From positions 87,298,001 through 87,362,000 of the forward strand of contig NC_058368.1 of NCBI RefSeq assembly GCF_018350175.1: a stretch of DNA of 64,000 bases, in the 5' to 3' direction. The DNA comes from Felis catus. Lineage: Eukaryota. Every line of letters starts with the position of its first letter. The stretch's first letter is position 1. Shown piece after piece: positions 35,301 through 49,620 of the stretch. The notes under the pieces were generated by a model, which did not search any database, had not been told where the DNA came from, and saw nothing but the letters and a program-made list of their open reading frames with translations. Both the position numbers and the translations under genes were made by a program.

Positions 35301-38265
35301 TCTTGGTTTCATTGATCTGCTCTACAGCTTTTTTAGATTCTATATTGTTTACTTCTGCTCTGATCTTTATTATTTCTCTTCTTATGCTGGGTTTGGGGTA
35401 TCTTTGCTGTTCTGCTTGTACTTCCTTTAGGTGTGCTGTTAGATTTTGTATTTGGGATTTTTCTTATTTCTGTAGATAGGCCTGGATTGCAATGTATTTT
35501 CCTCTCAGGACTGCCTTCGCTGCATCCCACAGCATTTGGATTGTTGTATTTTCATCTTCATTTGTTTCCATATACATATATTTTTAATTTCTTCTCTAAT
35601 TGCCTGGTTGACCCATTCATTCTCTAGTAGGGTGTTCTTTAGCCTCCATGCCTTTGGAGGTTTTCAAGACTTTTTCCTGTGGTTGATTTCAAGATTCATA
35701 GCATTGTGGTCTGAAAGTGAGCATGGTATGATCTCAACTCTTGCATACTTATGAAGGGCTGTTTTGTGACCCAGTATGTGATCTCTCTTGGAGAAGGTTC
35801 CATGTGCACTCGAGAAGAAAGTATATTCTGTTGCTTTGGGATGCAGAGTTCTAAATATTTCTGTCAACTCCGTCTGATCCAATGTATCATTCAGGGCCCT
35901 TGTTTCTTTATTGATCCTGTGTCTAGATGATCTATCCATTGTTGTAAGTGGGGTATTAAAGTCCCCTGCAATTACCGCATTCTTATCAATAAGGTTGCTC
36001 ATGTTTGTGATTGTTTTATATATTTGGGAGCTCCCGTGTTCGGCATATAGACATTTATAATTGGTAGCTCTTCCTGATGGTTAGACCCTGTAATTATTCT
36101 ATAATGCCCTTCTCCATCTCTTGTTACAACCTTTAATTTAAAATCTAGTTTGTCTGATATAACTATGGCACTCCAGCTCTCTTTTGACTTCCAGTAGCAT
36201 GATAAATAGTTCTCCATCCCCTCACTCTCAATCTGAAGGTGTCTCTTGTAGACAGCAAATAGACGGGTCTTTTTTTATCCATTCTGACACCCTAAGTCTT
36301 TTGGTTGGAGCATTTAGCCCATTTACATTCAATGTTATTATTGAAAGATATGGGTTTAAAGTCATTGTGATGTCTGTAGGTTTCATGCTTGTAGTGATGT
36401 CTCTGGTACTTTGTGGTCCTTGCAATATTTCACTCACAGAATCCCCCCTTAGGATCTCTTGTAGGGCTGGTTTAGTGGTGATGAATTCCTTCAGTTTTTG
36501 TTTGTTTGGGAAGACCTTTATCTGTCCTTCTATTCTGAATGACAGACTTGCTGGATAAAAGATTCTTGGCTGTATATTTTTTCTGTTCATCTTATTGGAG
36601 ATTTCCTGCCATTCCTTTCTGGCCTGCCAAGTTTCAGTAGATAGGTCTGCCAGTAGTCATATGGGTCTCCCTTTATAAGTTAGAGCCTGTTCATCCCTAG
36701 CTGCTTTCAGATTTTTCTCTTTATCCCTGTAGTTTGCCAGTTTCACTATGATATGTCATGCAGAAGATCGATTCAAGTTACATCTGAAGGGAGTTCTCTG
36801 TGCCTCTTGCATTTCAATGCCGGTTTCTTTCCTCTGATCAGGGATGTTCCCAGCTATGATTTGTTCACATACACCTTCAGCCACTTTCTCTCTCTCTTAC
36901 TCTTCTGGAATTCCTATCATAAGGATATGGTTCTGTTTGATTGCATCACTTAGTTCTCTAATTCTCCCTTCATACTCCTGGATTTTTTTATCTCTCTTTT
37001 TCTCAGCATCTTCTTTTTCCATAATTTTATCTTCTAATTCACCTATCCTCTCCTCTGCCTCTTCAATCCAAGCTGTGATGGCCTCCATTTTATTTTGCAG
37101 CTCATTTATAGCATTTTTTAGCTCCTCATGACTATTTCTTAGTCCCTTGATCTCTGTAGCAATAGATTCTCTGCTGTCCTCTATCCTTTATTCAAGCTCA
37201 GCAATTAATTTTATGACTATTATTCTAAACTCTTGTTCCGTTATATTGCTTAAATCGTTTTTGATCAATTCGTTAGCTGTTGCTACTTCCTGAAATTTCT
37301 TTTGAGGTGAGTTCTTCCATTTCATCATTTTGGGTAGTCTCTGGGGTGGCGCCGAACTTCAGGGAACTTCCCCTGTGCTGTTTGGAGTAACTTGTGTTGG
37401 TGGGCAGAACCGCAGTCACACCTGATGTCTGTCCCCAGCCCACCACTGGGGCCACAGTCAGACTGGTGTGTACCTTATCTTCCCCTCTCCCAGGGGCAGG
37501 ACTCACTGTGTAGTGGTGTGGCCCCTGTCCAGGCTACTTGCACACAGCCAGGCTTGTGGTGCTGCTTTGCTGGGATCTGTCGTATTAACTGGGGTAGATC
37601 TGCAAGGTGCACAGGGCTGGGAGGGGCGGGCTTAGCTCACTTTGCTGTGGGTGGTCCCCTGCAGGAGGGGCCCTGTGGCTCCAGGAGGGAGGCAGACCTG
37701 TCAGAGGGATGGATCCACAGAAGCACAGCGTTGGGTGTTTGTGCGGTGCAAGCAAGTTTGGTGATGGGAACTGGTTCCCTTTGGGATTACAGCTGGGGGG
37801 ATGGGAGAAGGAGATGGTGCTTGCCAGTGCCTTTGTTCCCTGCTGAGCTGAGCTCTGTCTTCCCGAGGCTCAACAACTCTCCCTTCCGGTGTCCACTCAC
37901 CCTCTGGCTCTCCAAGCAGAGCTGTTGACTTTTAACATTCCAGATGTTAAGTCCCGCTGGCTGTCAGAATTCACAGAGTCCGGCCCCTCCACTTTTGCAA
38001 GCCAGACTTCAGGGGCTCTGCCTTGCTGGGGGGGGGGGGGGGCTGCCCCTCCACCACCCCAGCTCCCTCCCGCCAGTCCGTGTAGCATGCACCACCTCCT
38101 TGCCCTTCCTACCGTCTTCTGTGAGCCTCGTGTCTATTCTTGGCTCTGGAGAGTCCGTTCTGCTAGTCTTCTGGTGGTTTTCTGGGTTACTTAAGCAGGT
38201 GTGGGTGGAATCTAAGTGATCAGAAGGACGAGGTGAGCCCAGCGCCCTCCTTTGCCACCATCTTC
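32352..38265 (-). mobile_element. Full-length young L1 (copy 2), inactivated
   Basis: 5' end GGAAGATGG at 38265; ORF1 ATG ~37328; ORF2 ~36365-32577 broken by stops/frameshifts, RT motif FADD changed to FAED; 3'UTR and tail. Confidence 0.95.
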
Positions 38266-39107
38266 CAATTTCTATGTTTAATTTTTTGAGGAACTTCCAT
38301 ATTGTTTTCCAGAGTGTCTGTACCAATTTACATGCCCACCAGCAGTGTTTTCCTTTTTTCACCTCCTTGCCCACATCTGTCGTTTCTGGAGTTGTTAATT
38401 TTAGCCATTCTGACTGTTGTGAGCTGGTATCTCACTATGGTTTTGATTTGTATTTCCTTAGTGATGAGTGATGTTGAGCATCTTTTCACATGTCTGTTAG
38501 CCATCAGTGTGTCTTCTTTCAAAAGTGTTTGTTCATATCTTTTGTCCATTTCCTAACTGGATTATTTGTTTTTTTGAGTGTTGAGTTTGATAAATTTTTT
38601 ATAGATTTTGGATACTAACTCTTTATCTAATATGTCATTTTCAAATATCTCCTCCCATTCTGTCAGTTGCCGGTTAGTTTTGTTGATTGTCTCCTTTGCT
38701 GTGCAGAAACTGTTTATCTTGATTAGGTCCCAGTGGTTCACTCTTACTTTTGTTTCCCTTCCCTTCTGAGACATTTCAAGAAGTTGCTGTGGCCAAGGTC
38801 AAAGAAGTTGCTACCTGTTTTCTCCTGTAGGATTTTGATGGTTTTCTGCCTCATATTTAGGTCTTTCATCCATTTTGAATGTATTTTTATGTATTGTATA
38901 AGAAAGTAGCCCAGGTTCATTCTTCTGCTGGTCACTGTCCAGTTTTCCTACAACCTAGCAATTGTGCTACTAAGTATTTATCCAAAGAATACAAACATTC
39001 TGATTCGAAGGGGCACATGCATTATAGCAGTGCTATCAACAGTAGCCAAATTATGGAAAGGTCCAAATGCCCAAATGCCCCTTTTATCCCAAATGGATAA
39101 AGAAGAT

Positions 39108-39157
<50 letters not shown>

Positions 39158-39206
39158 ACATATCTATCTATATCTATATATACATTCCTTGGTATTGAAA
39201 ATGGTG

Positions 39207-39249
<43 letters not shown>

Positions 39250-39663
39250 TACACTACTTGGTGGTGAAAAAGAATGAAATCTTGCCATTTGCAACAACAT
39301 GGATGGGACCAGAGGGTATTATGTCAAGTGAAATAAATCAGTCAAAGAAATACAGATATTATTTCACTTGTATGTGGAATTAAAGAAGCAAAACAGATGA
39401 GCATAGGTGAAGGGAAGGAAAAATAAGATAAAATCAAAGAGGGAGACAAACCATAAGAGACTCTTAACTGTATAGAACAAATTGAGGATTGTTGGAGGGG
39501 AAGGGAGTGGAGGAATGGGCTAAATGAATGATGGGTATTAAAGAGTGCATTTGTTGTGATGAGTACTGGGTGCTGTATATAGGTTATGAATAATGGGCTT
39601 CTACACCAAAAGGCAAGACTACACTGTATGTTAACTGAGTTGAATTTCAATTAAAAAAAAAAA
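38266..39663 (+). mobile_element. Old L1 with probable 5' inversion (antisense 38266-38948, sense 38949-39663)
   Basis: Orientation switch at ~38949; the outer end of the antisense part (AAATTAAACATAGAA) is contiguous in L1 with the start of the sense part (TACAACCTAGCAATT). Confidence 0.7.
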
Positions 39664-40236
39664 ATTTGAGCCTCCATGGTGTTACTAGAGTGATACAGAA
39701 AAACCGACACTAATTATCACATGACTATAGAAATACAATTGTGAGAAGTATTTGAAAAGAAGGAAAAGAGCAAAAAGAATAGTTCAAACAGGACCTAAGC
39801 CTAAGCGGGAGAGGTGGTGGGCAGAATGGAATTTTGTTGCCCTTCAGTACCTTGAACCTGCTCCAAAGAATGGCAATACCCCCACACGGTATCCGTGTCA
39901 TACAATTCATTGATTGATATGATTTCTGAAGTGTTACCTGCCCACTTTCCAGGATTTACAGGCAAGATATTTGTTCTGGAATAAACACAAGATTATTAGA
40001 TTATAATTCAGTACTTTCTATGATTTGGTTTCTTTGGAATCTAATCAATTAAAAGAAAAAATAAGCAAATCTGATGTGTCTCAATAATAGCCACACAAGT
40101 AATAAGTCATCAGATACTATATGTGGATTAATATCCAATTTCAGGTTATTTTATGCCAATAACTTGGACATGAATAAGTGCCTATGCTGTCATTTCTGCA
40201 AGGTGGTATACATGCATAAAGAAGTGTTTAGCTGTT

Positions 40237-43200
40237 TTGTTTTGCTTTGTTTTTCAATAAATGAAATTTATTGTCAAATTGGTTTCCATACAACACCCAG
40301 TGCTCATCCCAAAAGGTGCTTTCCTCAATACCCATCACCCACCCTCCCCTCCCTCCCACTCCCCATCAGCCCTCAGTTTGTTTTCAGTTTTTAAGAGTCT
40401 CTTATGCTTTGGCTCTCTCCCACTCTAATCCCTTTTTTTTTCCTTCACCTCCCCCATGGGTTTCTGTTAAGTTTCTCAGGATCCACATAAGAGTAAAAAC
40501 ATATGGCATCTGTCTTTCTCTGTATGGCTTATTTCACTTAGCATCACACTCTCCAGTTCCATCCAAGTTGCTGCAAAGGGCCATATTTCATTCTTTCTCA
40601 TTGCCACGTAGTACTCCATTGTGTATATAAACCACAATTTCTTTATCCATTCATCAGCTGATGGACATTAAGGCCCTTTCCATAACTTGGCTATTGTTGA
40701 GAGTGCTGCTATAAACATTGGGGGACAAGTGCCCCTATGCATCAATACTCCTGTATCCCTTGAGTAAATTCCTAGCAGTGATATTGCTGGGTCATAGGGT
40801 AGACCTATTTTTAATTTTTTGAGGAACCTCCACACTGTTTTCCAGAGTGGCTGCACCAGTTTGCATTCCCACCAACAGGGCAAGAGGGTTCCCAATTCTC
40901 CACATCCTCTCCAGAATCTATAGTCTCCTGATTTGTTCATTTTGGCCACTCTGACTAGCGTGCGGTGATATCTGAGTGTGGTTTTGATTTGTATTTCCCT
41001 GATGAGGAGCAACATTGAGCATCTTTTCATGTGCCTGTTGGCTATCTGGATGTCTTCTTTACAGAGGGTCTATTCATGTTTTCTGCCCATTTCTTCACTG
41101 GGTTATTTGTTTTTCAGGTGGGCAGTTCGGTGAGCTCTTTATACATTTTGGATACTAGCCCTTTGTCTGATATGTCATTTGCAAATATCTTTTCCGATTC
41201 TGTTAGTTGCCTTTCAGTTTTGTTGGTTGTTTCTTTTGGAGTGCAGAAGCTTTTTATCTTCATGAGGTCCCAATAGTTCATTTTTGCTTTTAATTCCCTT
41301 GCCTTTGAGGATGTGTCAAGTAAGAAATTGCTACGGCTGAAGTCAGAGAGGTTTTTTCCTGCTTTCTCCTCTAGGGTTTTGATGGTTTCCTGTCTCACAT
41401 TCAGGTCCTTTATCCATTTTGAGTTTATTTTTCTGAATAGTGTCAGAAAGTGGTCTAGTTTCAACCTTCTGCATGTTGCTGTCCAGTTCTCCCAGCACCA
41501 TTTGTTAAAGAGACTGTCTTTTTTCCATTGGATGTTCTTTCCTGCTTTGTCAAAGATGAGTTGGCCATACGTTTGTGGCTCTAGTTCTGGGGTTTCTATT
41601 CTATTCCGTTGGTCTATGTGTCTGTTTTTGTGCCAATACCATGCTGTCTTGATGATTACAGCTTTGGAGTAGAGACTAAGGTCTGAGATTGTGATGCCTC
41701 CTGTTTTGGTCTTCTTCAAAATTACTTTGGCTATTCGGGGCTTTTTGTGGTTCCATACAAATTTTAGGATTGCTTGTTCTAGCTTTTAGAAGAATGCTGG
41801 TGCAATTTTGATTGGGATTGCATTGAATGTGTAGATACTTTTGGGTAGTATTGACATTTTGACAATACTTATTCTTCCAATCCACGAGCACGAAATGTTT
41901 TTCCATTTCTTTATATCTTCTTTAATTTCCTTCATAAGCTTTCTATAGTTTTCAGCATACAGATCTTTTACATCTTTGGTTAGATTTATTCCTAGGTATT
42001 TTATGCTTCTTGGTACAATTGTAAATGGGGTCAGTTTCTTTATTTGTCTTTCTGTTGCTTCATTATTAGTGTATAAGAATGCAACTGATTTCTGTACATT
42101 GATTTTGTATCATGCGACTTTGCTGAATTCATGTATCAGTTCTAGCAGACTTTGGTGGAGTCTATCAGATTTTCCATGTATAATATCATGTCATCTGCAA
42201 CAAGTGAAAGCTTAACTTCATCTTTGCCAAGTTTGATGCCTTTGATTTCCTTTTGTTGTCTGATGGCTGATGCTAGAACTTCCAACACTATGTTAAACAA
42301 CAGCGGTGAGAGTGGGCATCCCTGTCCTGTTCCTGATCTCAGGGAAAAAGTTCTCAGGTTTTCCCCATTGAGGATTATATTAGCTGTGTGTTTTTCATAA
42401 ATTGCTTTTATTAAGTTTAAGTATTTTCCTTCTATCCCGAGTTTCTCAAGGGGTTTTAAGAAAGGATGCTAATATTTGTCAAATGCCTTTTCTGCATCGA
42501 TTGACAGGATCATATGGTTCTTATTTTTTTCTCTTATTAATGTGATGTACCACGTTGATTGATTTGCGAATGTTGAACCAGCCCTGCATCCCAGGAATGA
42601 ATCCCACTTGATCAAGGTGAATAATTCTTTTTATAAGCTGTTGAATTCGATTTGCTAGTATCTTATTGAGAATTTTTGCATCCATATTCATCAGGGATAT
42701 TGGCCTGTAGTTCTCTTTTTTACTGGGTCTCTGTCTGGTTTAGGAATCAAAGTAATACTGGCTTCATAGAATGAGTCTGGAAGTTTTCCTTCCCTTTCTA
42801 TTTTTTGGAACAGCTTGAGAAGGATAGGTATTATCTCTCCTTTAAACATCTGGTAGGACTCCCCTGGGAAGCCATCTGGTCCTGGACTCATTTGTTGGGA
42901 CATTTTTGATGACTGATTCAATTTCTTTGCTGGTTATGGGTCTGTAAAAGTTTCCTATTTCTTCCTGATTGAGTTTTGGAAGTGTGTGGGTGGTTAGGAA
43001 TGTGTCCATTTCTTCCAGGATGTCCAGTTTGTTGGCATATAATTTTTCATAGTATTCCCTGATAATTGTTTGTATTTCTGAGGGACTGGTTGTAATAACT
43101 CCAATTTCATTCATGATTTTATCTATTTGGATCATCTCCCTTTTCTTTTTGAGAAGCCTGGCTAGAGGTTTATCCATTTTGGTTGTTTTTTTTTTTTTTT

Positions 43201-46145
43201 TTTCAAAAAACCAACTCTTGGTTTCGTTGATCTGCTCTACAGTTTTTTTTAGATTCTATATTGTTTATTTCTGCTCTGATCTTTATTATTCTCTTCTTCT
43301 GCTGGGTTTAGGCTGTCTTTGCAGTTCTGCTGCTATTTCCATTAGATGTGTTGTTAGATTTTGTATTTGGGATTTTTCTTGTTTCTTGAGATAGGCCTGG
43401 ATTGCAATGTATTTTCCTCTCAGGACTGCCTTCACTGCATCCCAAAGCGTTTGGATTGTTGTATTTTCATTTTCGTTTGTTTCCATATATTTTTTAATTT
43501 CTCTCTACTTGCCTGGTTGACCCACTCATCCTTTAGTAGGGTGTTCTTTAACCTCCATGCTTTTGGAGGTTTTCAAGACTTTTTCCTGTGGTTGATTTCA
43601 AACTTCATAGCATTGTGGTCTGAAAGTATGCATGGTATGATTTCAATTTCTGTATACCTCTGAAGGGCTGTTTTGTGACCCAGAATGTGATCTATCTTGG
43701 AACTTCCATGTGCACTCTAGAAGAAAGTATATTCTGTTGCTTTGGGATGCAGATTTCTAAATATATCTGTCAAGTCCATCTGATCCCATGTATCATTCAG
43801 GGCCCTTGTTTCTTTATTGACCGTGTGTCTAAATGATCTATCCATTTCTGTACGTGGGGTGTTAAAGTCCCCTGCAATTACCACATTCTTATCAATAAGG
43901 TTGCTTATGTTTGTGATTAATTGTTTTATATATTTGGGGGCTCCTGTATTCAGCGCATAGACATTTATAATTGTTCGCTCTTCTTGATGGATAGACCCTG
44001 TGATTATTCTATAATGTCCTTCTTCATCTCATGTTACAGCCTTTAATTTAAAGTCTAGTTTGTCTGATCGAAGTATGGCTACTCCAGCTCTCTTTTGACT
44101 TCCAGTAGCATGATAAATAGTTCTCCATCCCCTCACTCTCAATCTGAAGGTGTCCTCAGGTCTAAAATGAGTCTCTTGTAGACAGCAAATAGATGGGTCT
44201 TGTTTTTTTATCCATTCTGATACCCTATGTTTTTTGGGTGGTGCATTTAGTCCATTACGTTCAGAGTTATTATAGAAAGATATGGGTTTAGAGTCATTTT
44301 GATGTCTGTTGGTTTCATGCTTGTAGCAATGTCTCTGGTACTTTGTCTCACAGGATCCCCTAGGATCTCTTGTAGGACTGGTTTAGTGGTGACGAATTCC
44401 TTCAGTTTTTGTTTGTTTGGGAAGACCTTCATCTCTCCTTCTATTCTAAATGACAGACTTGCTGGATAAGGATTCTCAGCTGCATATTTTTTTGTTCATC
44501 ACATTGAAGATCTCCTGCCCTTCCTTTCTGGCCTGCTAAGTTTCAGTAGAGAGATCTGTCACAAGTCTTATAGGTCTCCTTTATATGTTAGAGCATGTTT
44601 ATCCCTCGCTGCTTTCAGAATTGTCTCTTTATCCTTGTATTTTGCCAGTGTCACTATGATATGTCGTGCAGAAGATCGATTCAAGTTACGTCTGATGGGA
44701 GTTTTCTGTACTTCTTGGATTTCAATGCCTTTTTCCTTCCCCAGATCAGGGAAGTTCCCAGCTATGATTTCTTCAAGTATACCTTCAGCACCTTTCCCTC
44801 TCTTCCTCCTCTGGAATACCAATTATGCACATATTATTGCATTTTATCACATCACTTAGTTCTCTAATTCTCCCCTCATACTCCTGGATTTTTTTATCTC
44901 TCTTTTTCTCAGCTTCCTCTTTTTTCATAATTTTATCTTCTAGTTCACCTATTCTCTCCTCTGCCTCTTTAATCGGAGCTGTGGTCGTTTCCATTTTATT
45001 TTGCAGCTCATTGATAGCATTTTTTAGCTCCTCCTGACTGTTCCTTAGTCCCTGTATCTCTGTAGCAAGAGATTCTCTGCTGTCCTCTATATTGTTTTCA
45101 AGCCCAGTGATTAATTTTATGACTATTATTCTAAATTCACCTTCTGTTATATTGTTTAAATCCTTTTTGATCAGTTCGTTAGCTGTTGTTATTTCCTGGA
45201 GATTCTTTTGAGGAGAATTCTTCTGTTTTGTCATTTTGGAAAGAACTGCAGGGCACTTACCCTGTGCTGTCTTGAATAATTTGCATTGGTGGGTGGGGCT
45301 GCAGTCAGACCTGATGTCTGCCCCCAGCCCACCGCTGGGGCCACAGTCAGACTGGTGTGTATCTTCTCTTCCCCTTCTAGGGGCGGGTTTCACTGTGGGG
45401 TGGTGTGGCCTCTCTGGGCTACTTGCACACTGCCAGGCTTGTGGTGCTGGGGATCTGGCATATTAGCTGGGGTGGATCAGTAAGATGCATGGGGGTAAGA
45501 GGGGCAGGCTCAGCTCGCTTATCCTTCAGTGATCCGCTTCAGGAGGGGCCCTGGGGCTCCAGGAGGAAGTCAGACCCATCGCCAGAGGGACGGATCCATA
45601 GAAGCACAGCGTCGGGTGTTTGCGGGGTGCAAGCAAGTTCCCTGGGAGAAACTGGTTCCTTTTGGGATTTTGGCTGGGGGATGGGTGAGGGAGATGGTGC
45701 TGGTGAGTGCCTTTGTTCCCCACTGAGCTGAGCTCTGTCGTCCAGGGCTCAACAACTCTCCCTCTCATTGTCCTCCAGCCTTCCCACTCTCCAAGCAGAG
45801 CTGTTAACTTATAACCTTCCAGATGTTAAGTCCCGCTCGCTGGCCAAACACACTCCATCTGGCCCCTCCACTTTTGCAAGCCAGACTCGGGGTCTCTGCT
45901 TGGCTGGCGGACTGCGCCTCCACCCCGGCTCCCTCCCCCCAGTCCATGTAGTGCACACCGCCTCTCCACCCTTCCTACCCTCTTCCGTGGGCCTCTTCTC
46001 TGTGCTTGGCTCCAGAGAATCCATTCTGCTAGTCTTCTGGCGGTTTTCTGGGTTATTCAGGCAGGTGTAGGTGGAATCTAAGTGATCAGCAGGATGCGGT
46101 GAGCCCAGCGTCCTCCTATGCTGCCATCTTCCCCTCCATCTGGGC
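40237..46145 (-). mobile_element. Full-length young L1 (copy 3), inactivated
   Basis: GGGGAAGATGG 5' end ~46134; ORF1 ATG 45234; ORF2 44297-40476 disrupted; TSD TGTTTA(G/A)CTGTT at 40225-40236 and 46146-46157. Confidence 0.95.
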
Positions 46146-46464
46146 TGTTTAACTGTTAATGAAAGAAAAAAATGAAGGATTGCTTCAGAGGGAAAAGCGT
46201 CTCAAAAATTAAATTTGATTTATAAGGTCATTTTCAGGTTACCCAAACAGGAAAAACCAAATGGGGAAAAAATTAGAGTTTTATAACATAAGATTTGAGA
46301 ATGAAGAAATATAAGCTAAAGAAATTTAAAGACTCAAGATTTTTAAAAGGACAAAAAGAGAGTAAGAGGCTAGTATAAAATCAAATAATGCTCTTTAAGA
46401 GAGATATATTGTGCCAGACAGATTGTGATGACAGATTTTCATTTATGTTTGTGAAACACTATAT

Positions 46465-46650
46465 TTTTTTATTTTTTAAATTTATTTTATTTTCTTTAAA
46501 TGTTTATTTTTGAGAGAGAGAAAGAGAAAGTATACAAGCAGGGGCAGGAGAAGAGAAAGAGGGAGACAGAGGATCTAAAACAGGCTCTGGTGACAGCAGG
46601 GCTCAAACCCATGAACTGTGAGATCATGACCTGAGCCAAAGTCAAACGCC
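46465..46650 (-). mobile_element. 5'-truncated CanSINE
   Basis: T tail, (GA)n, GAGATCATGACCTGAGCCAAAGTC; head missing. Confidence 0.85.
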
Positions 46651-46984
46651 ACACACCACAAGGAAGATTTGCTCATCGAGTAGCTGTTATCTTCCAGATA
46701 ATGTTGTTTTCACAGTTCCTACGATTAGGACCACAAAGCTTCCATCCTGTCTCATCCCTCATTCTAAAGTTAAATGATTAAAATTCCCAAAGGCTGCATG
46801 AGTATTCCAAAGAAACTGAACAACCATGTTTGAGAGATACTGAGGGAGGTATGCTTCAACTTTCCAATGTTTTTTCCCCCAAAAGGCATCTGAGAGCTCA
46901 GAAGCCAAGTTAGGACTTTGAGAACAAAAATGATTTTGTCTGTCAGCTACTTCCTATAAACACATCCAGTGGGAAGTATGCCAG

Positions 46985-47385
46985 TCACTTTGTGGGACTG
47001 AAGGACAGAGGACTTTCTCCACCTAGTTTCTCTGTTTCATCTGTGTCTCTAAGCTTCCTCAACAAGGCTGCTTCACCCTGGCTGCAGCGACTGACTTCCA
47101 TTTCCACACCTGCAGAACCAGCCTTTTCTACCCCTTAAGGACAGCACCAGCCACCCAGAACAGCGCTCCCTTCCCAGAGGCTAGGACTCAGCTCCCCAGG
47201 GGCCTCCTCCAAACATCCAAGTTCTAATAAAGCCAACTACCTGTTTGCTGCAGTCACTGTCCCCATGAAAGCTTTGTGTTGTTTTTCTCTTTTCAGAGAG
47301 CCAATCCCTAACATTTTTATGTTAAATTCCTTCCATTAAAACAACAGTATAGTTTCTGTCACATGGCTGTGTTCTTACTGATATA
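46985..47385 (+). mobile_element. Possible degraded ERVL LTR (LTR33-like)
   Basis: Terminal pattern TTAAATTCC...GTTTCTGTC...TTACTGATATA; weak. Confidence 0.3.
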
Positions 47386-48261
47386 CCTGTATGTTTTTTA
47401 GTGTTAATATCACTGCTCTGAATTATCAAAAGGTACGACTCTTACCTGAACTCTTTAATTAGAATATGTAACATAGTTTCAGGTGCAGAAAGATGCTTAA
47501 TAAAAATGAGTTCACAGTAACACAGACATTCTTGGACCTGAGGAATCAATAATAAAACAGTAAAACTGTGGATTGCAAGTATCTTATTCTGTGAGTGTTC
47601 CAGAAGATGAGCAAACATTGCTAATAAATTTTAACTTGATAAACAAAGGATGTCTTGCAATACAAACAGTACATGACACGGAATGTCACAGGATCACAAC
47701 GGAGCCAGTGGTTCTTGAAATTCGCTTTGATATACAAGTGCTTTGGATGACAAGCATGTTTCCAGAGCGAATTATGCATGCAAGCCAAGGTTTTACTGTA
47801 ATTCCTAAAATGAGGCTTGCGTGTCTGTTAAGGTAATTCCTGATACAGCTAAGCAACACATCATGAAGTTGAAAACAGGTACCTTCTGCCCATTTATGGT
47901 CACAGAACTAAGTTTTCTATCCTGGGAGGTAGGGTTCCAGGGACTCCATTCCAAAGTAAGTCCTCTAATCCACAGAGAATGCTATCCAGTAGAATGGAAA
48001 CTGAAATTGGGCCTTTAACCCATGACCCTATTTCTGACACTTACCCCTCAAAGATGATGGAAGAAGAAAGAGAAGAAAATAGACTTCACTCTATTCTAGG
48101 CCTGCTCTAAATGCAACAGTAACCCTTTTAAATCTCAAAGTAGCAAAATGAGACAGATATAATTATTATCTGCATTTTTATATATAATGGAAATTTGAGT
48201 GACTTACTCATGGTAACACAGTGAGTGAAGCATTTGGGACCCTACATACTTGCTGGCCAAT

Positions 48262-49028
48262 TGTTCACCCCTAATAATGTGTTCAATAATCCAGCCCAAT
48301 GTTGACACTAACTCTGGAGTTACCACAGAGCCTGTAGGTGTAAGGGTCTCAGTCCCACAAGACATCCCCCCACTTCAGATGCCAGCTGAGAGTCTCAGAG
48401 GCCACCCACAATTTTTGCATGATTTAGCTGTAAATTCTGGCTTTCCCACAACCCATCCTTAGGTTTGATGATTTGCTAAAAGAACTCACACAACCCACAG
48501 AAAAGTGTTATGCTTATGAGTACCATTTTTTTATAAAGGATACAACTCAGAAACAGCCAAACGGGAGAGATGCATAGAGCAAGGTTCAGCTTCAGGATGG
48601 AGGATGCAGACCCTCCATGTCCCATCCCTAAGGAGCAGGTGCATCACCTTCCCAGCACATCATGTGGGGACCTCTGCCAAGACTCAGTGTCCTGAGTCTG
48701 ATGGGGAGTTGATCACATAGGCATGATTGATTAATTCACTGACTTGTGACTGGCTCTCCTCCAGCCCCTCACCCCTCTTCAGAGGTAGGGGATAAGGCAG
48801 AAAGTTTGGTCTAATCACATGCTTATCTTTCTGGTAGGGACAGCCCCCCCCCCCCTTAAAACTACACAAGGACCCACAGTAAGTTACATTAGCATAAACC
48901 CAGGTATGGTTGAAAGGGGTTTTTAATGAACAACAAAAGACACTCTTCTCACTCAGGAAATCTGAAACGTTTTTGAAGTTCTGTGCCAAACACTAGAGAT
49001 AAAGACTAAATATTTTTATTATACCACA
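48262..49028 (-). mobile_element. MER21-like ERVL LTR
   Basis: GGTTTGATGATTTGCTAAAAGAACTCACA...TTATAAAGGATACAACTCAG...GAGATGCATAGAGCAAGG...ATTATACCACA (minus-strand start TGTGGTAT). Confidence 0.7.
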
Positions 49029-49620
49029 GACCCTGACTACAGAAGGCTCCTCTTACACATTACAAGGTCTTGAAATAAAGAGGACCAGAAGGTATGAAAG
49101 GAATGAGAGGGGGCAAATCCAACCACAGGGAAATAAAGAGCATCCCTTTGGGACCCAACCTATACCTGCCTAGAGCATGAGAGCTACACCTGGGACAAAC
49201 TAGCACAGGTGCCAAAAACAGAGGGGAGGAGGAGACAGTCATCCATCCGTGGACTTCCAGGCCATGAGGCTCCAGTGAGTAGCATGTCACAATGTTCCTA
49301 CTGAAGAAAATGTCAACACCTGAGCTGAGAGGCTTGGAGTAAATCCTAGGAGCTCAAAGGTCTCCAAGAAATAAATCTCTCACCCCTTTAGGCAGGGATT
49401 CACATCTGTCTGTGGCTGGACTCCAACAATCCAGAAGACTCAAGGGCCTTGGTTGTTTCCATCCTGATGCTCAGCTCCCACTGGGCACGGACTGGCAAGA
49501 AATCTGTAATCCATGCTTTCTCCAGAGGTCCTGGCAGACCTGAGGTCTCAAGTGCCCACCTCATGCTCAGGAGGTTTACACTCTGTGGCCACTCTGTTGC
49601 TCCAATTAGAAAGGTAAATA

